A DNA stretch of 64,000 nucleotides from Octopus vulgaris (lineage: Eukaryota), in assembly GCA_951406725.2 (NCBI GenBank), contig OX597817.1:46438001-46502000 (forward strand), written 5' to 3'. Position numbers and translations under genes: made by a program. The notes under the pieces were generated by a model. That model had not been told where the DNA came from, did no database searches, and was given only the letters and a program-made list of their open reading frames with translations. Below, piece after piece: positions 13,173 through 26,342 of the stretch (the stretch's first letter is position 1; each line of letters begins with the position of its first letter).

Positions 13173-14532
13173 ACCCGGTAATGAGCGACTCCAGTTATTG
13201 AGCCATGAGGAATCAAAGGTGAAGTTGATCTCAGCAATATTTGAACTCAGAATGTGGAGAGCCGGAACAAATATTTCTAATCAGGTTTGTTAACGCTTTT
13301 AAGAATACTTCTAAGCCATCATAATTATAGTAATAGCAAAAGTTTTCAAATTTTAGCAGGAGGCCAGATATTTTAGGGGTGGGTACGTCGATTATACTGC
13401 ACCAACACTCGACCCCGTCCTCGACTCGAACATATTCTTGCGACCCCAAAAGGATGAAAGGCAAAGCTGAGCTCACGGAAATTTGAACTCTAAACGTAAA
13501 GAGCCGGACAAAATGCTACAAAGCATTATATCCGACCTGCTAACGTTTCTGCCAATTCGCTGTCTTCTTAATGATAATAACGTTTTCAAAATAGGCACAA
13601 GGCTAGCTATTTCAAAAAAGTGGGTAAGTCGATTACAATGACTGACGGTATTAAACGAGTGTTTATTTTATCAACCATAAAAGGATGTAATGTAAAATCG
13701 GCCCTAAAACGTAAAGAGCCGAAAAAAATGCTTCTGATTGTTTTGTTCGACGCACTACCGATTCTGCCAGTTCACCCTCTTAATGATACTAGTAATAATA
13801 GTGCTAGTAATAAGGATTGATGTTACTTAGGTATTTGCCGTGTTCACGATTTTCTCTGTCATATGTAGTATCATTTGAATGCTATGCGATGACTAAATTT
13901 GAGAAATAAAACTGCGATGTTGATATTGCTCACTACAGGCATACCACTTCCTTTAGCTAATCATTGAAGGACACGAATTTAATTCACAAAAGTGTCATTC
14001 AATTTCATGTTTTAGACTTTCACGAAACGATGACGTAAGTTTGGAAAGTGCAAACGAATATATAAATCCATTAACTCTCTGATAATATTCGCCAATTTTA
14101 ATTTGATTCTTTTTATTCGTCATCGCTAAAAGAAAAGTACCACTAGAACGCATTAATTGAGTACGACAAAAAAGGATTCGAGAAATATTGTTTGTGATAT
14201 TTAATATATAAATTTAAATATCGCGAGGGCCAACTTCGCTTTCATTTCTCCGGTGTTGATATCGTATCAGAGTATATATTGTACTATGTTCGTTATTGGG
14301 CATATGTTCGTCCCAGGTTAAACTTAATTCGGTAGAGATACCATCAAATACGATGCAGCTCTTAACATTTTGTCTTAACTTCTATATACATATATAAAAT
14401 GGCCTTTTTAAAACAGTATACCATGTTTGAGGGAAGATCGATCGTTATTTGAAGCAGAAGGTTAAAACATCGTAGACACTTCCTTCTGTATCTTTTGAAA
14501 CAAACGAATCCAAACAAGGAACAAATTTATAA

Positions 14533-14783
14533 CTCTTACTCTCTTTACTCTTTTACACGTTTCAGTCATTTGACTGTGGCCATGCTGGAGCACTGCCTTT
14601 ACTCGAGAGCAAATAGAGCCCAGCACTTATTCTTTGTTAGCCTAGTACTTATTCTATCGGTCTGTTTTGCCGAACCGCTAAGTTACGGGGGACATAAACA
14701 CACCAGCGATGTGTGTCAGGCGATGTTGGGGGAAAAACACAGACACACAAACATATACACACACACACATACATACATGCAAG

Positions 14784-14817
<34 letters not shown>

Positions 14818-14996
14818 TACATATATACATATATACGACGGGCTTCTTTCAGTTTCCGTCTACCAAATCCACTCACAAAGCTTTGGTCGGCTCTCGGCTA
14901 TAGTAGAAGACACTAACCCAAGATGCTACGCAGTGGGACGGAACACTGGAACAATGTGGCTGGTAATCTTCTTACTACACAGCCACTCCTACGCCT
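14533..14996 (-). mobile_element. tRNA-derived SINE family B (CORE-like), full length
   Basis: Head GGAGTGGCTGTGT, body GGGT..GTGTCTTCTACTATAGCC, internal (CA/TA)n, tail GTGCTCCAGCATGGCC..AGTCAAATGACTGAAAC. Partial copies at 12265-12397 and 60110-60330. Confidence 0.88.
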
Positions 14997-15539
14997 TCAT
15001 CATACACATTTTGGCCTTTTTGTGTGAGAGAAAATATTGCTATTATCACCTTAGCTACGGCACCGTAAAGGTAGAAAGTATGTGATTCTCAATACAAAAG
15101 GCGTGCAGTAATCCTTTACTGTGCTGGAATTTCGAGTTTAAGTCACAGTGAGGCGATTCTACATTTTACCCATCCATGTGTATCAATGAAGGAGGGGATA
15201 ACTGGCAGAATCGGTAGCACGTTAGAGAAAGCCATTCATCCCTTCAGAGTTTATAAAGTAAAGTGTAAGGGAAGTAAATAGGGTGGATATCATCGACTTC
15301 CTGCTTTCCTTCAAAATTACTGCCCTTGAAGCCTGCAACGAATCGGTGTCCCGTTGAGAGGAATGTTATGATCACGGCCACTTATAAGCCATGGGAACCT
15401 CATAAAAGTCTTAATGATTTCCAAGACTCGAGAAAAAGAAGGGATCCATATTATAAGCACCATTCTTATACTAAAGTCATTTAAATTAAACATATACTTT
15501 TCTAAGAAATACGATGTTTTCTCTCCAAAATAGAGAATC

Positions 15540-15750
15540 TTTTCTACTCTAGGCACAAGGCACGAAATTTTTGGGGCGGAGTTTAGTCGATTAGATCGAC
15601 CCCAGTTCGCAACTGATATTTAATTTATCGACCCCGAAAGGATGAAAGGTAAAGTTGATCTCAGCGGAATTTGGACCCAGAACACAGCGGCAGACGAAAT
15701 ACTGCTAAGCATTACGTCCGGCGTGCTAAAGTTTCTGCCAGTTCGCCGCC
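15540..15750 (-). mobile_element. SINE family A monomer with about 21 bp TSD
   Basis: TTCTCT(C/T)CAAAATAGAGAATC at about 15519-15539 and 15752-15772. Confidence 0.88.
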
Positions 15751-16634
15751 TTTCTCTTCAAAATAGAGAATCATCACTGCTTCCAACAGCAGGTAAACAA
15801 TAAACAGAACAAAATCATAAATCTATGAAATAGGCGTCAAATAAATTAATGAATATGATATTCTAAATATATCACAGGCAACGACTATTTCGAAGTAGGA
15901 GAGTGTGATATATTTAGCTACAGTCTGAGTTACTTTTTTACGGTCCTACTTATACGATTTAAATTTCATTCCTGAGATATGTGAATTGCATACAAATTTA
16001 ATACATTCTGTGGCAGAATCTGCTACGTCATTTTTGAAGGTATGTGTATGCTAAAATTTAGTAATTACAAATATATATTTCTCATGGGATTGTAATGTCT
16101 TAAGAAATCAACTTATATTAATACATTAATAAAAGCACTTAGTGAGTGTATGCATGTATAAGTTATGATTAATAAACATGTTTAACATTTGTATGAGAAA
16201 GTGAATAGTAGAGACCTATTGCTTCTGTCTTTTGGAACACTTTATCTTACTGTGTGTGTGTGGGTGTGCGTTATGGTTTCGCCTTGGGCATCGTGATAAT
16301 AATAACCAGTCGTTGTGCTTAGAATATAACTACAAGTGGATACAAAACGTAATGTTAATTTATGAATAAAAAGATCTGAAAGTATGCAGCCACTTGAGTT
16401 AGCGCTTCCTGCACTAAAGAGCACTACACTTAGAATGGGATGCTTGTATAGTATATTGTAGCTTCACCGAAGTCATTTATATAAAGGCCTCACGTAAATG
16501 TCTCTGTGAAAGCTATAAGAAGCTGCACAAACACTCAGGATTGAATGTAACGTTTCTCACAAAAGAAACGGCTGTAAGCCAAACGAAGTTATTACATAAC
16601 TCCTTTTGATTTTTTCAATCATTTCGAAAGATAA

Positions 16635-16710
16635 GTTTCTTTATTGGCCACACAGGGCTGCACACAGATGGGACAAGTTACAAGGTAGAGCTTTTCTTTT
16701 GAGGGATGAA
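16635..16710 (-). mobile_element. Family I LINE-like 3' end associated with (GATA)n
   Basis: Reverse strand TTGTCCCATCTGTGTGCAGCCCTGTGTGGCCAATAAAGAAA. Further copies at 33318-33390 and 33527-33546. Confidence 0.6.
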
Positions 16711-17016
16711 AAAAACAAAAAACAGAAGAAAAAAAACAAAGAAAAAGAGGGGTGGCGTAGGTTTTCGATCAAGAGGGATCGTAAAAGGGAAGAAAAGAAC
16801 CAAAAAAAAATAAATAAATAAAATAAAAAATAAAAAGAATAAAAAGAAAAAAAGAAAAGGAAAAGGAACAAAAGAAAAGAGAAATGAAAAAAGAAGAAAA
16901 AAGGGGAAAAAGGTAGATAGGTAGATAGATAGATAGACAAATAGATCGATCGATCGATAGATTGATAGATAGAAAGAAATATAGATAGATAGATTGATAG
17001 GTAGAAAGATTGATAT

Positions 17017-17081
<65 letters not shown>

Positions 17082-17950
17082 ATAATCCTGTTTAATATAG
17101 ATTTCACATGAAAAAAAATGGCTGTCACAAAGATATTCTTACTTTCGCACTATATCACGATGATATTATTACAGATGAACATTTTACAGGAATCAAATAT
17201 ACAAAGATGCGTGTGTGTCTGTGTGCGCGCGCGCGTGTGTCTGTGTGTGCGTGATCCTTTATTGTAAATATTGAAAATGTGACATTAAGTCACGAATGGA
17301 TGTTATTTTAGAAGCAATCAAATGCATTCCATGCACAATATCTGATAGTTTTCATCAAATTCGTTCCCACCATATCAATATATATTTTGGAATCATGTTA
17401 GTTTTTAATCTCAGAGGAATATTATGTCAACACAGCTTTCCTTCAGCAGCAAGATTCAATCGAATCCCAACCCCACTTTTTTAAAATTTTTGTTGCTGCT
17501 TCGTAAGTTTATTTGCTGTGTTATTTAATCGTTTTTGTGTCCCAATTTTTGTAGGGTTGTTGTTGCTGTTGTTGTTTTTTTCTCGTAAGCAATCCTCCGA
17601 GGGGAATACAACTAATATATGGTTATGACATATAAGGAAGTATAGCTTGGATATTTGTTTACGCTTAAAATTAAGATGCGCAATATCTTTCAGTAGTGAT
17701 GGTTGTTATTTAAGCCCAGATTAACGCGATTTAACTGATCCAAAAGCAAAGGCATTCAAGCCGCGACCACAATGCCTAAGACATCATTATCCGGTGTATT
17801 CTCTATTCTCTTTTTTTTCTGAGTTCAAATCCACCGAGATCAAATTTATTTTTCATCCCTTCGGACCGATAAATTACAGTACTTCTCAAGTAATCGTTCC
17901 AATGAAATTTCCTTGTCCCCTACAATTTTATATTTAAGAGATAAAGAATT

Positions 17951-18812
17951 ATGTACATTATTTACATTATTTACATTTGACGGATATTTGTCCTCATCTT
18001 GTTTGTTAAAACAAAATTTTGGCTGATATACCCCTCAGCCTTCATCAGGTGTCTTGGGGGAATTTCGAACCTGGCTTCTCATTCTTAAGGCATGTTTCGA
18101 TGTTATTATCATTATTTTTTTCTTCTTTCTTCATATTTTCTTCCATTTTTCGCCGAGTGTTTTCCGTACACCTAGGGCAGAGAAGCTCATTTTATGCAGT
18201 CCCAGATTACACACGCAAATTCACAGGTAAAATATGTATTTAAAATGAATTAATAACTAAATAAATTCATGAATGGATGTTGATTTCACAGCCATAATGA
18301 GTCGTTCCAGTTAACACGATTTTTCGCACTTCCTGTAGGGATGGTGAGCCTGGTATCATTTTCAAATAGGTTTCAGTACCTTTTTTTATCATTCCTAGAG
18401 ATCCTACAATCACTGGTACTGTAGTCGCCTTGAGATGCCACGAGTTTTTCAATTTCTATTAGCAAGTCTTTATATTTACTGATCTTGTCAAATTCTTTCG
18501 CCGCTATATTGTGATCGCAAGGAATACTCATGTGAATTAGTAAATACACCTTTTTGTGTAACCTTTTTATAATAATATCCGGTTTATCAGCATGTATAGT
18601 TTTGTCGGTATGTACGGGGAAGTCCCATAGAATCGACACATTGTCTCCCCCAGTCACAGCTTATGGTGATTATACCAGTTGCCAGCGGTTTTGATTTTAT
18701 AATGCCGATATATTGTCAGGAGTAACTACTGACCGACTCTGTCATGTCTTGCTTTATATTCTACAGGTGCTAAGACTCTATATCCTCAGATAAGGTGGTC
18801 TATAGTTTTAAT

Positions 18813-18863
<51 letters not shown>

Positions 18864-18869
18864 AATAAT

Positions 18870-18934
<65 letters not shown>

Positions 18935-19009
18935 GAATATTATTCAGGTCACTGCCTTGAATGACACTCGGATCTTGGGGTTAGTTGCCCTCGCTCTTAA
19001 CCCCTACGC
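17951..19009 (-). mobile_element. Family F composite: tRNA-like head (18941-19009), (AAT)n linker, hammerhead tail (17951-18105), interrupted by a Dong fragment
   Basis: Same head, linker and tail order as 24309-25125. Tail has GACAC-CUGAUGA-A-GGCUG..CAGCC with the GAAA mutated. Confidence 0.75.
18115..18800 (-). pseudogene. 5'-truncated R4/Dong-clade LINE: restriction-like endonuclease domain and 3' UTR
   Basis: VLAPVEYKARHDRVGQ, then ILWDFPVHTDKTIHADKPDIII..IHMSIP..EFDKISKYKDL..IEK and TTVPVIVGSLGMI (RHD, PD and K..KY motifs). Frameshifted, with an A-rich tail into (TAA)n. Confidence 0.9.
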
Positions 19010-19028
19010 TATAATAATAATAATAATG

Positions 19029-19080
<52 letters not shown>

Positions 19081-19129
19081 GATAGAAAAATACCTTTGGA
19101 ATGAGAACTCAGGTTCGAAATTTCCCCAA

Positions 19130-19175
19130 GACACCTGAAGAAGGCTAGAGGATATACCAGCCGAAACGTTGTGTT
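19130..19175 (+). ncRNA. Minimal type I hammerhead ribozyme with intact core (family F tail 19085-19233)
   Basis: GACAC-CUGAAGA-A-GGCU..AGCC-GAA-ACGU-U/GUGUU: 5 bp stem I, 4 bp stem II, palindromic loopless stem III. Confidence 0.8.
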
Positions 19176-20278
19176 AACAACAAACAAGATGAGCGCAAAT
19201 ATACGTCAAATGTAAATAATGTAAATAATGTACTTGTCCCCTACGCTCAAAATTCCTGTTGTTCAACCCTGCAGTGGACCGGTGTCCCGTTCAGAGAGGT
19301 CTAGAGCTCAAAATAATAATTAAAAACTTATGTAAAAAACATTTGGCTGATATCTTTAGCAAAACCTGTAACTAAACACCAAATGCATCCTTGTTCAGTC
19401 CATTACTCTCTGAACCCAGAACCATACGGTTGGTAAGCAAGCTACTTACCACACAGCCATTAATTTTTTTTTTTAAATCTTCAGCAAAACATACATATTT
19501 TATTTTTTTATCCTTTACTTGCTTAAAGTCTTTTGAGTGCGGCACCATCTTGGAGGACTTTTAGTCGAACAAATGGAGCCCAGAACTTATTCTAGCGATA
19601 TCTTTTGCCGAACTGCTATGTTACGGAGAATAGGAATTTATCTCCCTAAAATTCTCGAATCTGAATTATCGAAAAATAATTTTGCGACATACATAGGGTT
19701 TTATTAATATTTCACAATCAATATTTAACCAAACGCAAATTCGGAAGGAGATGTGCCCATAATATAATATAAATCTGTCTTCTTTGGCTCCGAAAATGTG
19801 TTGTAATTAGCGAATATATTACTCTCTGCTAATAATTACTATTCGTATTTAATTACACAAATCAATGATTGAGTGCAAGTGTCTTACAGAATAGGGAAGA
19901 TTATGAATAGCTAATATTTATATGATATATCTACACAACATATACGCAAATACAGCGGAATTGTGATGAATATTAAAAACGGATAAGAAAATTCGCTGCA
20001 ATGCTTGCATATTTATTATAACATTAACAATACAGGAGGAATTTCTGACGCCTAAGAAGAGATTTCAAACGTTTCAAGGAGAAGGAATTGAATGTGTGGT
20101 TGGTGAATGCGAAGTAAATCGATGGTGTGTTGAGAAGATATAGAGAAGGAGAAATAGGCAAGATGTTGGTATACGCTCATAATTTATTGAAAAGAGTAGA
20201 GAAGGGAGAAATTATGATGTGTTTAATGAAAATGAATGTAAGACATAAAATTATGGACACGTATATGTATATGTATAC

Positions 20279-20316
<38 letters not shown>

Positions 20317-20471
20317 GAGGTTCCCCTAATTGTTGTAGTTATTAAAACGGATATAATCATTTCTTTATTATATTGAGCGGAACTATACACACGATATGTG
20401 TGTGTGTGTGTATGAATGTACGTATGCATACATGCATACATATATATATATATATACATATATATAAGTAT

Positions 20472-20523
<52 letters not shown>

Positions 20524-20798
20524 GTGTATGTGTGTAAATATATACAGCAATCCCTCGACTATCGCAGGTGTTACGTTCTTTGATAAGGGGCAAATACACC
20601 GAAACTAGTCCTGTTTACTTGGACCAGCATGTGGAAGCTGATGAACTCCCCTAATTGAAGGCTGTAATGGACACAGATGTGTGTATCTCAATAGACACAG
20701 AGCATGGACTGCCATGTTAGCTTCGCAATAACTATTAATACCCAGTGCTACTGCCGTAGTCACCTTCAGAGAGATTTAGAATTAATAATATTTCTATT

Positions 20799-20845
<47 letters not shown>

Positions 20846-21820
20846 TAAGTATAGTTTACGTTTTCACACACCGAATTAGAAAGCCGTTTAAAAGAATATC
20901 AGTAAACGTGAAAGGGTTGAAAGGACCAATGAAGCAAAATCATTTTCAGATGGTTATCTATCAAAATAATTGTATTTTGCATATAACGTTATGTTGCGCT
21001 GCTATTCTAAGCAAAACTGTCTGACGATCGGGAACGTGAAAGTCTGAGCAACACATTTTGTGATATTCTATTCTACCTCTGGAATTCGAGTACTATTTTT
21101 CCACCTTGTTTCGCATTTTCGTGCTTACTATGTAATATATGTGTGTGTGTGTGTGTGTATGTATGTGTGTGTGTGTGTGTGTACATAACAATCACTACCT
21201 ACGAGATTATTTAGAACAATTCCAATCACAACAATTCCAAGCACAACAATTCCAAGCAGGTCATTTTAGGACACTTGACCATTTAAGTGGATTCCAACAA
21301 CATCCTACTAGTTTCATACCACTCCCGCATTTTTCTTATTCTTTTTCCTCTTTTCCTACTCCCTCTTCTTCTTCTTCTTCTTCTTCGCGTCCTCCTTTCT
21401 CAGCTACTACTGCTGCTTAAACAATCACAACCATGAATTCATATCAAATATTAGAACTGCTACTACCAGCTACCTGCTACCAAACCATCACAAGAGTAAA
21501 AAAAGAGAGAGGGAGAGGGACAGACAGGAAAAAGGAAAATTTCCCTTGCTTTTGAAAACAATGGAAATATTTTTAAAAAACGTTTCATTTAATTTTTCCA
21601 CAATTTAATTGTTTTTCATGCTTTACTCTAAGTTGAAAAAGTCACAAAAACTGAAACCGGTACCAAATGATAAAATTATTCTAGCATTTTCTACCTTGTC
21701 TTATTTTTCTCATATATATATATATATAAGTAAGGAAAAAAATTTTTTTAAATGCAGAATGCTCAAATGAAAGAAAATTTTAATAAAATGAGAAATTGAT
21801 AAAATATATAAATATATATT

Positions 21821-21861
21821 TATTCAACCGGTTTTCGTCATTGTATGACTTGTCAAGAATA
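21821..21861 (-). ncRNA. Hammerhead-like motif with U3-A8 core
   Basis: UAUUC-UUGACAA-GUCA-UACAA-UGAC-GAAA-ACCGGU-U/GAAUA. One extra A after GAA. Confidence 0.6.
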
Positions 21862-21943
21862 TTTATGTTTTAAAAAGTTTTTTTAGAAATTAGAAAGGGG
21901 AAAAAAAAAGAAAATTGCATTGTTTTTTGCAAAAGAATAATGA

Positions 21944-22263
21944 TAAAAATGTACAAAAATTAAAAAATAAGTACTCCGATACATTGTGAGTTCGTTTTGT
22001 ATCTTGAGTTTTATGATTGTTCACGAAAAAATTACCTTGAGGTATTAAGATCCAAAGGGATTAAGAGCATGTGTTGTGTGGTTTAATTCAGCATGTTGGC
22101 TATCCCAGTCATTGCTGAATTAAACCACACAACACATGCTCTTAATCCCTTTGGATCTTAATACCTCAAGGTAATTTTTTTCGTGAACAATCATAAAACT
22201 CAAGATACACAACGAACTCACAATGTATCGGAGTACTTATTTTTTAATTTTTGTACATTTTTA
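21944..22263. repeat. Near-perfect hairpin, arms about 150 bp, loop about 19 nt
   Basis: 21944-22093 is the reverse complement of 22113-22263 with only about 2 differences. Confidence 0.95.
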
Positions 22264-22869
22264 CCACGTTGTGGTACTGAACCCAGAACCATGTGGCCAG
22301 GAAGTAGACTTTGTGTGAGTATATGTGTGTTCGTGTATAAGTGAAGTATACGAATGTTTGTATGTGTGATTATTATATAACTTATATGTGTGTATCTAAT
22401 ATTTATATTATTATATACCTTATTTATATATAAAATAATACAATTAGCCGTCATTATTGACGAAACGTGGTCAGCTAGTATACGATAATATCAATCAAAC
22501 CAGAGATATATACACCCTCCATGCCACCAATTTCATTTTATACTGACAAAAACATCTAGATAAAGAATGCTCAAAGGGGTATATTTTAGCGAACAAACCT
22601 GCTGCAAAAGTTAATTTCTGTCAAAGAAATCAAACAATAATGAAATTACAAGATGGTGCTATTAAGTTAGACATGGCCTGAGCCAGTCTTTGACCGAAAT
22701 ATATCTAAGTTATCTAAGTGACATACAAGACGTGATACTACGTTGAATAGTAGCTAGAAGCACTACCTGCATACTACAGAACTATGTAACACCTAACACC
22801 ACACATAAGTTTAAACAAAAGAGACGTATGATCAGCTACAGAGAAAATCACGAAGATTTATAATAGGCG

Positions 22870-23135
22870 ATAAAACTATCTCAGAGAATGTGAACAAAAT
22901 CATCCATATAATTTCTTAGTAGATGAAACTGATAAGATAACAACACGCACAAATAAAACAAAGCCAAAATTTAGCAAAGAGAATTACAGAAAAGTCAGAC
23001 TAATATTAAAACCAAATTAAATTCCAGAAATAAGATTATAGTTGTTAATACTCTAGCTATCCCAGTCATAAACTACAATACAACAAACTTGAAGTTTAGT
23101 GAACTGAAAAACAGAGATAGGAAAATGAGAAACGT
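22870..23135 (+). pseudogene. Decayed R4/Dong RT thumb fragment
   Basis: RKVRLILK..LNSRNKIIVVNTLAIPVINY..ELKNRDRKMR resembles the KLN..NK..AIN..A.PV..Y..DRK.RK motif. Confidence 0.65.
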
Positions 23136-24308
23136 AACCTAAAAGAAAAAAGTAATCAATACGATGAAATCATTTAATTTCCAGGTGTCCATTCTGTGAA
23201 AAGATAAAACACAACGATTGATATAATCGGGTAGCAGTACCCGTTTCTCTCCATCTCACAAGCAATGGTTTGCTATATCGAACTCTCAACACGTTGTCAA
23301 AAATATTTACCTGAGGGTAATATTGTTTCAAATTTTGGTAGTGAGCCTGCAATTCTGGCAGAGGGGGTAAGTCGATTACATTAGACCCCAGTGTCCAACT
23401 GATACTTATTTTATCGATCCCGCTAGTATCAAAGGCAAAGTTGACCTCTGTGGACTTCGAACTCAGAACGTATAGGCGGACGAAATAACTATTTGTTTAC
23501 TCGCATTGGTCAACGCGAGACTATTGCAGAATACACTTGCCCAAGGTGACACATAGGGGGACTGAAACCGCAACAACGTGGTTACAAAGTGAATATCTCC
23601 ACCATGCCTATAGCAGAAATTATTGTCTTCATAGATCATCCAGTGGCACTTTTGGTAACCCATTGTAATACTCTGACCGTTCATGTGTTTTATGCAATTT
23701 TTATGCAATTTTTGATATAGCTGGGCATATAAAGAGTGTGATCCTTGTACATTTCTTCGTTCAGTTAATTTATTTTAATCTATTTGCACCGATGTGTGCA
23801 TAGCACTGAGAAATCAACATCATCATTCATAATTTTCTAAATGAAATATGAACGGGATTTCCTCGTGTTTGTTAAAACGGATTTTCGTTTCCTGCCATGA
23901 AACGGTCGGGGTGGGTGGCGATATTTGAACTTAAAACGCAAAAGAGCAGATCAGATACCACGAAGTGATTATGTCGTCAGATCAGCAAATAAATGAAAAA
24001 GATTGAAAGGTTGAGTTGATCTCCACAGGATTTCAACTCAGTGCACAGTCAAACTGAATAAATATCGCAAAACTTTATGCAGAATGATAATTCTCCGTCT
24101 TATATAATAGCTACATACTCATCAATAATTACATAAACACACACATGTATGTGAGTGTATATATATATATATGTAAATATATGTATGTGTGTATGTGTGT
24201 GTAGTAAGATGAGGATTCAGTTAGAATCAGGTACTTGAAGAGGTATGTACAACGTAGGGATGGGTATCCTCTGTGATTCCGGCCAATGTCTGTCCTTGTT
24301 TGTCCTGT

Positions 24309-24437
24309 ACACTATTTACATTTTATGAATATTTGTCCTCATCTTGTTTGTTGTTAACAATACGTTTCGGCTGATATACCCAGGTGTCTTAGGGAAATTT
24401 CGAACCTGGGTTCTCATTCCTAAGATATTTTTCGATG

Positions 24438-24475
<38 letters not shown>

Positions 24476-25125
24476 GATTGAGAGAGCAGTTCATGCCATC
24501 AAAGTGACAATATACGAAGCCCAATATACCCATCATGACTACCCGTCTGATAAGGGTACACCAGGCACATGCATCACAACCATATGTGCGCGACATGGTG
24601 ATCTCATATCAAGATAAACAGCACATGACCTTGCAGGTGGGGCCCAGTTAGAATTTTCTTCAGGTTGAGTAGTCCATCCCGCTGAAAAGGTCCCTGAATA
24701 AGGGTTGTTTAAGGATGTTGAAAGAACCACCCATGTTTCCAGAGGTGAACCATTCAAACCCCAAAGAATCCCTCTCAACACATGGCTATGATGCTCCCCA
24801 CTACTTCTGCTCGTGATCAGAGATGCACATATCATCAGCCACTAAGGGACATGCTCAACTGGTTAAGGTCAAACAACTGACAAGCAAATCTGTGGTATTG
24901 AGCAGAATATTTGCTGTAGCCCATCTTTTATACCAAGGCAAAACAATGTACATGATAACACTTCCAACCAGTTAAGATCAGAAGCCATGAGAGCCACTGC
25001 CTGGTACTGCATCAGGGCATTTATTATTATTATTATTATTACCATTATTATTCAGGTCACTGCCTGGAATCGAACTTGAAATCTTGCAGTTAGTAGCCCA
25101 CTCTCTTAACCACTACGCCATATGC
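24309..25125 (-). mobile_element. Family F composite copy 2, interrupted by family D
   Basis: Head on reverse strand TGGCGTAGTGGTTAAGAG (A box)..AGTTCGATTCC (B box) at 25051-25125. Tail 24309-24440 has the hammerhead core partly deleted. Confidence 0.78.
24476..25020. mobile_element. Family D repeat in (ATT)n
   Basis: Longer homologue of 6337-6833. Confidence 0.85.
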
Positions 25126-25377
25126 ATCTGGGCATATCCGTCAAACGTAAATTATGTAAATAATGTATTAAACAACCTCTATAAAAGCCCCCAACCTAGG
25201 TCCAATCCAATTTACTCCCAGTTTCGCTGACCCTTTAACCTATCGATCTACCCCTTCGTTTCTGAGACCTCCTAGTTTCGTTTTCCCTTTACCAATACTT
25301 TTTATCCGTTCTCACTATACTTGCACGGTATGCTATATTGCAGAAAGTAACCATAATAATAATAACAACAACAACAA

Positions 25378-25528
25378 CGAAAAATACTTTAGGAATGAGA
25401 AACCAGTTTTTAAATTTCCCCAAGGCACCTGATGGAAGCTGGAGCGTATATCAGCCGAAACGCTGTGTCAACAAAAAACAAGATGAAACCAAATATCCGT
25501 CAAACGTAAATAATCTAAATAATGTACA
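25378..25528 (+). mobile_element. Family F tail with mutated hammerhead
   Basis: GGCAC-CUGAUGG-AAGCUG..CAGCC-GAAACGCU-GUGUC (A9G and U16.1C). Confidence 0.75.
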
Positions 25529-26294
25529 CTGAATACCCCTAAATTTCGTCCCCCTCTCTTTAGCTTGTACGCTTTATTATTATTTTTATTTTATTTTCCT
25601 TCATCCTTAGGTTTCATTTATTTATCGTTTATTTTCCCCCCTTATCCTTAATTGTTTTATGACCTCTCCTTACCATTACATTAATCCACTATAATGAATT
25701 ATCTCCTACACCCCACTCCAGTCTACCTAATGATATAATCAAGCAGACTCCTTCTCACCCGAGTCACTGACCTTACATATTATATTACGCACTTTCAAGA
25801 ACTATATTTTTAATCTCAAAGACCAACATAGTTGGTCCTTCTCACATTCCATAGCTGGCCTCGATACTCTAGCCGCATCCCTGCAGTATATTCTTTTGTT
25901 TTCTAAAATTACTTCTCTTCTGATGATTACAGTCTTTTATAATGATGTAATTTGATTTGATTTTGATTTTTCCAGTTTCAGCTAATGAGCTGTGGCCATG
26001 CTGGGGCACCGCCAATGTTTTTTTTCTATTAAAAAGTTACGCAAGAAACAGCTGTAATGAACTGACAATTATACATCGTATGTTATTATACATGTGATAT
26101 ATGCATATATATATTACGGGGTCTAGTCAGTCTCATTCGCAAAATGAGCCCCCTTTAATTTTTCTCAGATTGCTTTCCATTTTGGTGTAGCGATGCAACT
26201 CTGAATTTTGATTACGATCAACCAATTACTTCATCTCGTAAATTAATATATCTGATGTTATTTGGAATTAAAATTGTTAAATTTGGGTAATTTT

Positions 26295-26342
26295 AGCCAA
26301 TCAGCAGACAGCGTGGCATTAGCAGCTTGTTGTCATGACAAC
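26295..26342. promoter_or_regulatory. CCAAT box plus palindromic RFX X-box-like motif
   Basis: AGCCAATCAG at 26295 and perfect palindrome GTTGTCATGACAAC at 26329-26342, in a CpG-richer patch. Confidence 0.35.

Noticed and set aside
25051-25125. tRNA gene (also 47610-47690 and 57060-57130)
   Set aside because: A and B boxes are present but the acceptor stem does not close, and each runs on into a repeat body, so these are SINE heads.
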